A stretch of 63,774 nucleotides of DNA, filler included, from Candidatus Methanoxibalbensis ujae (lineage in GTDB: Archaea; Halobacteriota; Syntropharchaeia; Alkanophagales; Methanospirareceae): the NCBI GenBank assembly GCA_026134085.1. It is 4 parts of 4 records of this genome, joined end to end, with 100 filler letters (N's around TTAATTAATTAA, not from the genome) between each part and the next. Parts side by side here need not be neighbours in the genome. Positions count along the whole stretch, not along the records: positions 56,550 to 61,339 come from JAOQIN010000005.1; positions 61,440 to 63,774 come from JAOQIN010000083.1; 2 more parts are not named here. One strand, 5' to 3'. The position numbers and the translations under genes are program-made. The notes under the pieces were generated by a model that worked only from the letters and a program-made list of their open reading frames with translations, ran no database searches and had not been told where the DNA came from. Shown here one piece after another: positions 60,702 to 63,774 of this stretch (the stretch's first letter is position 1; every line of letters begins with the position of its first letter).

Positions 60702-61016
60702 TGTGCGGGCTAGCCTGGGGGGTTCGGCGTCCCCTGTAACCCGAAACCGTCGGCATGCGGGAGGCGAAGCCTGAGGGCGGCTCCGGATGCTGCGAGTGCA
60801 GCTCGGCGCCCGACTGTGAGGCATCGTCCTGCGGGGTCGCCGTCGGCGTCGTGCATTCTGGAGGGAATGTGCGGCGTCATGACCGCGGGCACCGGTTCAG
60901 GCCCGGAAGGGAGCAGACCCACCGCGGGCGGTCGGCGCTCGCAGGGTCGCGGTGCTGAGAAAGGCGCTGAGGGACTGGCTCGTAGCAAAGGAGCCAACCG
61001 ATGGCGTGCCCGCACA
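60702..61016 (+). ncRNA. Archaeal signal recognition particle (7S) RNA
   Basis: Terminal helix TGTGCGGGC/GCCCGCACA; Alu-domain GGGGGGTTCGGCGTCCCCTGTAACCCGAAACCG; helix 8 TCAGGCCCGGAAGGGAGCAG. Confidence 0.95.
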
Positions 61017-61225
61017 TTCTGTTGCATGGCAATATGCATAATTGTCGCAATGCGAGTGGAAATTGAAATCTGCTATTCCAGAGAGGCACTTCGCTCTCCT
61101 CATCCCGCCTTCCGATTCAAAGAGCGGGGCATCACGAAAAAGAAAAGAGAGAAAGAAAAGAGGCAGTTTAAGGAAATAAATGGAAGATAAGGAAGGAAAT
61201 GGAATATAAGGGGATATTATCCATT

Positions 61226-61339
61226 CTATTTCCGAGCTCTTCTTCTCCTTATGAAGAAAAGCAGGACGAATATTGCTGCAGGAATTGCTATCGTTGAGAA
61301 CTCGGGTATTACTGTTGTTTCAACCGTAGTTGTAACGCG
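61226..61339 (-). CDS. 3' end (contig edge) of a PEF-CTERM protein
   Basis: Minus strand ...TTVIPEFSTIAIPAAIFVLLFFIRRRRARK*. Confidence 0.8.
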   Translation of the reverse strand, partial: RVTTTVETTVIPEFSTIAIPAAIFVLLFFIRRRRARK

Positions 61340-61439
61340 NNNNNNNNNNNNNNNNNNNNNNNNNNNNNNNNNNNNNNNNNNNNTTAATTAATTAANNNNN
61401 NNNNNNNNNNNNNNNNNNNNNNNNNNNNNNNNNNNNNNN
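61340..61439. other. Artificial contig linker
   Basis: N-run, TTAATTAATTAA, N-run. Confidence 0.98.
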
Positions 61440-61516
61440 GGAGGGCGTCCCTGCCCTCCGTTTTCGTTCATTTTTTCCACCATAACCCTTAAAAAGCGAA
61501 AGGACGAATGGTAAAG
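61440..61516 (+). repeat. 77-nt terminal direct repeat (assembly circularity overlap), copy 1
   Basis: Exact match to 63698-63774. Confidence 0.97.
61488..61495 (+). promoter_or_regulatory. Possible TATA box for the coat-like gene
   Basis: CTTAAAAA about 30 nt upstream of the GGAGGTGA SD and ATG 61536. Confidence 0.4.
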
Positions 61517-61535
61517 CGTGGCGGGAGGTGATAAA

Positions 61536-61883
61536 ATGAGGCGAAAAGCGAACAAAATGAGGTCGTTTTTGAAAAAGGCGAAAGAAATCCTCTTGCACAA
61601 AAGCAAGGGTTTCAACGACATGGTGTATATGGCGACGGCGATAATTTCAACGGTTATCGTTGCGATGATTGGCGTCTATATTTCCGCCCAAATCTACGAT
61701 GTGATGAACCTTGAACCCGACAGTCCATTTCAAACGGCGATGCAAGGAGCGATAAACATTATGAACACGACCTATCCGTTGCTCGTTGTTGTCGCTATTG
61801 GCATCATAGCGGGCATCGTTATGAGCTATTTGCTCGGTGGATTCGGTGTTGCAGGAGGAAGCGAAAAGCAAAAGGGACAATAA
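61536..61883 (+). CDS. Putative major coat protein (two hydrophobic helices, class III-like leader) of spindle/rod-shaped archaeal virus type; pilin-like alternative
   Basis: GGAGGTGA SD; basic leader ending KSKG|F; hydrophobic helix 1, loop, NTT sequon, helix 2 YPLLVVVAIGIIAGIVMSYLL. Confidence 0.6.
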   Translation: MRRKANKMRSFLKKAKEILLHKSKGFNDMVYMATAIISTVIVAMIGVYISAQIYDVMNLEPDSPFQTAMQGAINIMNTTYPLLVVVAIGIIAGIVMSYLLGGFGVAGGSEKQKGQ

Positions 61884-62010
61884 ACGCTGAACACTACCGC
61901 CTACCGCCTAATCGCCCTTACTGGATTGTGAGGGGCGAAACGGATACGCCCTGATTTCCGATTTTTTCGCCTTCAGGGTCGGTAAAGGTTCAAATCCCCT
62001 TTCGGCAACC

Positions 62011-62026
62011 GAAATATATTTAAATA
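62011..62026 (+). promoter_or_regulatory. BRE/TATA promoter upstream of the HTH gene
   Basis: GAAATATATTTAAATA about 45 nt before ATG 62072. Confidence 0.6.
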
Positions 62027-62071
62027 AGGGCGAAAGTAGGGAAAGGAACGATAATAAGGGTGAAAGGTGAA

Positions 62072-62611
62072 ATGGAGACGAAATTGGCGGAATTGGAAAG
62101 GGAAAAGGAAAGGGAAAAGGGCGAAAGGGTGATTACCGTCCAAGTTCCCGTAGAGGTTCAACGGTTCAGGCGTTTAAGCGTTGAGGAACGAGTGGAAATT
62201 GTCCGAAAACTCTACTTTGACGAAGGTTTGACCTATGACCAAATCGCAAAGGTTCTCCGTATAAGTCCCCGTGATATAGCGAAAGCGGTAAGAGGCGAAA
62301 AGATAACAGAAACCGAAGCGGACAAGTTAAGGGCGGAAATACGGGAATGTAAGCAAAAGATAAAGGAACTGGAAGAGCGATTAGACCGTGCTTCAAGGTT
62401 CATAAGGGCGACATTCGCCCATTTTACCGTTGAATATAGCGACCTGTTCGGCTCGGAAAAGGTAAAAGGCAAACTCTTTGTCTTTTGTCCCTATTGTCGC
62501 AAACTCGTCCATTTGACCTATAAGGAAGTTCCAACGCCTGAGTCGGAAAAGGAAAGGGAAAAAACGGTTAAAATGTGGGTGTGCGAAAAATGTGGCAGAA
62601 TACCGTTCTGA
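62072..62611 (+). CDS. HTH-coiled-coil-Zn-ribbon DNA-binding protein
   Basis: AGGTGA SD; HTH LYFDEGLTYDQIAKVLRISPRDIAKAV; heptad segment; CPYC...CEKC. Confidence 0.75.
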   Translation: METKLAELEREKEREKGERVITVQVPVEVQRFRRLSVEERVEIVRKLYFDEGLTYDQIAKVLRISPRDIAKAVRGEKITETEADKLRAEIRECKQKIKELEERLDRASRFIRATFAHFTVEYSDLFGSEKVKGKLFVFCPYCRKLVHLTYKEVPTPESEKEREKTVKMWVCEKCGRIPF

Positions 62612-62963
62612 CCTTTGACCTTTTGTCTATGTCTAAGGGCCCGGGCGATGAACTATATAATCCCCCCCTTTTCCCCCCCTTAAATCCGCCGATTCTCCAG
62701 GGGGGAGGTATTATATGTCTTGGGCGACCTCTTCCTTTGACGAGAGGGGCATTTCTGTGCGTCTCATGCGATTTTTTTCGGGGGTCACGGACACGAAAAA
62801 CTCGGCTCACAGGGCGTTTTCGCAAACCCCTCGCCGTATTACTTTTTCGCCCTTTCGTAATACCTCATGGTCGCCTTACTCGCCCTTGCGAAAGGGAGGT
62901 GATGGAAGTGGAAGCGTCGTAAGGGCGTAAGGCGACGAAAAAAAGGCGGGAGGTGATGGAGCC

Positions 62964-63443
62964 GTGTCTGTTTGGGAATTGGACAAGTCGGAACTTATAA
63001 CTTTCGGTCAGCGACGGGGATATGCGGTGAAACTCTACGAATACTCGTTCAGAGGTCGCAAGGGTCGCTTTCTGACGATTGAGCAGTATGAAGCGATGCG
63101 AGATGACTATCTCGGCGAGTATATCAACCGACGAAAGTCGCAGGTTACAGTTCCAAATGCGGAAATAGCGAGGCGAATAGCGAGGGAACTATTTTATTTC
63201 GCCGAACAATTGGAGCAGTCGCAGGGCGACAAGGGTCAATTGTCCGCTGACGAAGAGCGAGACATAAAGGCACTTGTATCGGACTTGCTCGGTGAAAGGA
63301 AAATGAACGAAAACGGGGCGGTGGAACCGCCCCAAAATGAACGGAACGAGGAACAGAACGATGAACAAAGGACTTCGTTTCGCCCCAAAGTGCATAATAG
63401 ACCGCCTTCTGAAAGTTCCACTGGCGAGGAGGGAGCAGATTAA
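62964..63443 (+). CDS. Hypothetical protein, possibly PC4/PUR-like ssDNA-binding with acidic disordered tail
   Basis: GGAGGTGA SD 7 nt before GTG; beta-beta-beta-beta-alpha pattern rich in aromatic/basic residues. Confidence 0.55.
   Translation: MSVWELDKSELITFGQRRGYAVKLYEYSFRGRKGRFLTIEQYEAMRDDYLGEYINRRKSQVTVPNAEIARRIARELFYFAEQLEQSQGDKGQLSADEERDIKALVSDLLGERKMNENGAVEPPQNERNEEQNDEQRTSFRPKVHNRPPSESSTGEEGAD
63300..63344 (+). promoter_or_regulatory. Hairpin motif copy A (candidate strand-specific replication/priming site)
   Basis: AAAATGAACGAAAAC-GGGGCGG-TGGAA-CCGCCCC-AAAATGAACGG. Confidence 0.65.
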
Positions 63444-63684
63444 GGAGGTAGTCCATGACCCCGACGCATCACACTTTCAGAGGACTTGGGTCGTCGGAAC
63501 GCTTGCATTCTGGGGCTACTCATACGAAGAGGTCGCAGACATTCTCATTAAGCACTGGAAAGAGGGACACTGCGAGACATGGAAGGACTTTTCGCCCAAA
63601 GAGACAAGGCGACAAGTGGAATGCTGGTTCAGGAAATTCGGTCAAAAGGTCGCAGAGAAGCGAAAACGGTATCTCGGTCGTTAG
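63361..63684 (+). CDS. Stand-alone primase large-subunit CTD / PriX-like helical protein
   Basis: FAPKCII.RLL...SHFQR..V...L...G.S.EEV..IL...KDFS.KETRRQVE parallels PriL-CTD FPPCI..LL...H..R..L..FL...G...EI...PDF....TRYQV. Confidence 0.65.
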   Translation: MNKGLRFAPKCIIDRLLKVPLARREQIKEVVHDPDASHFQRTWVVGTLAFWGYSYEEVADILIKHWKEGHCETWKDFSPKETRRQVECWFRKFGQKVAEKRKRYLGR

Positions 63685-63687
63685 TAG

Positions 63688-63732
63688 CCGTTCATTTGGA
63701 GGGCGTCCCTGCCCTCCGTTTTCGTTCATTTT
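63688..63732 (-). promoter_or_regulatory. Hairpin motif copy B, inverted (candidate strand-specific replication/priming site)
   Basis: Minus strand AAAATGAACGAAAAC-GGAGGGC-AGGGAC-GCCCTCC-AAATGAACGG. Confidence 0.65.
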
Positions 63733-63774
63733 TTCCACCATAACCCTTAAAAAGCGAAAGGACGAATGGTAAAG
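63698..63774 (+). repeat. 77-nt terminal direct repeat, copy 2
   Basis: Exact match to 61440-61516. Confidence 0.97.

Larger units (their letters stand above)
61440..63774 (+). mobile_element. Complete 2,258-bp circular extrachromosomal element (putative mini-virus, satellite or plasmid)
   Basis: 61440-61516 identical to 63698-63774 (77 nt); four co-oriented ORFs with archaeal SD motifs; no housekeeping genes. Confidence 0.85.

Noticed and set aside
60710..61190. Several GC-rich ORFs on both strands
   Set aside because: They overlap the SRP RNA; spurious.
61440..61516. 77-nt direct repeat read as LTR or attL/attR of an integrated element
   Set aside because: Both copies sit exactly at the contig ends, length equals a standard assembler k-mer, and no integrase or tRNA target is present; best read as a circular overlap.
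62575..62930. ORFs 62575-62922, 62715-62930 (+) and 62568-62825 (-) in the circle
   Set aside because: No SD, homopolymer-driven composition, and overlap with a hairpin-dense region better explained as non-coding.
63300..63732. Both-polarity motif read as paired hammerhead ribozymes of a viroid-like RNA
   Set aside because: No CUGANGA/GAAA hammerhead core in the required arrangement by eye, and the element has DNA-type promoters and DNA-binding genes; a formal Infernal search is still advisable.

Overview
Archaeal metagenome-assembled sequence made of four contigs joined by artificial 100-nt N/TTAATTAATTAA linkers (1-28911, 29012-56449, 56550-61339, 61440-63774), so adjacency across linkers means nothing. 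Gene content (mch, cfbB-type F430 amidase, hdrA fragment, fni, PGF/PEF-CTERM surface proteins, short-type tgtA) points to a methane/alkane-cycling euryarchaeon, plausibly Methanophagales (ANME-1) or a relative; this is an inference. Contigs 1-3 are mostly housekeeping: a pst operon, trkAH, MCM with two inteins, priS plus a split GINS, hisG, asd, argS, two tRNAs, SRP RNA, three decayed IS elements and a five-gene cohesin/dockerin surface cluster. Short tandem duplications are unusually common there. The standout is the last contig. Its first and last 77 nt are identical, so it is most likely a complete 2,258-bp circle. It carries four same-strand ORFs: a putative spindle/rod-virus-type two-helix coat protein with a class III-like leader, an HTH-coiled-coil-Zn-ribbon protein, a PC4/PUR-like putative ssDNA-binding protein, and a stand-alone PriL-CTD/PriX-like helical domain. 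No Rep, polymerase, catalytic primase, integrase or packaging ATPase is recognisable. The PriX-like gene is bracketed by two inverted copies of AAAATGAACGAAAAC-[7-bp GC hairpin]-AAA(A)TGAACGG with different but fully paired stems. Hypothesis: a minimal archaeal virus or satellite that redirects the host PriS primase to twin strand-specific hairpin origins. Host assignment rests only on binning, and all protein family calls are by eye, without searches.
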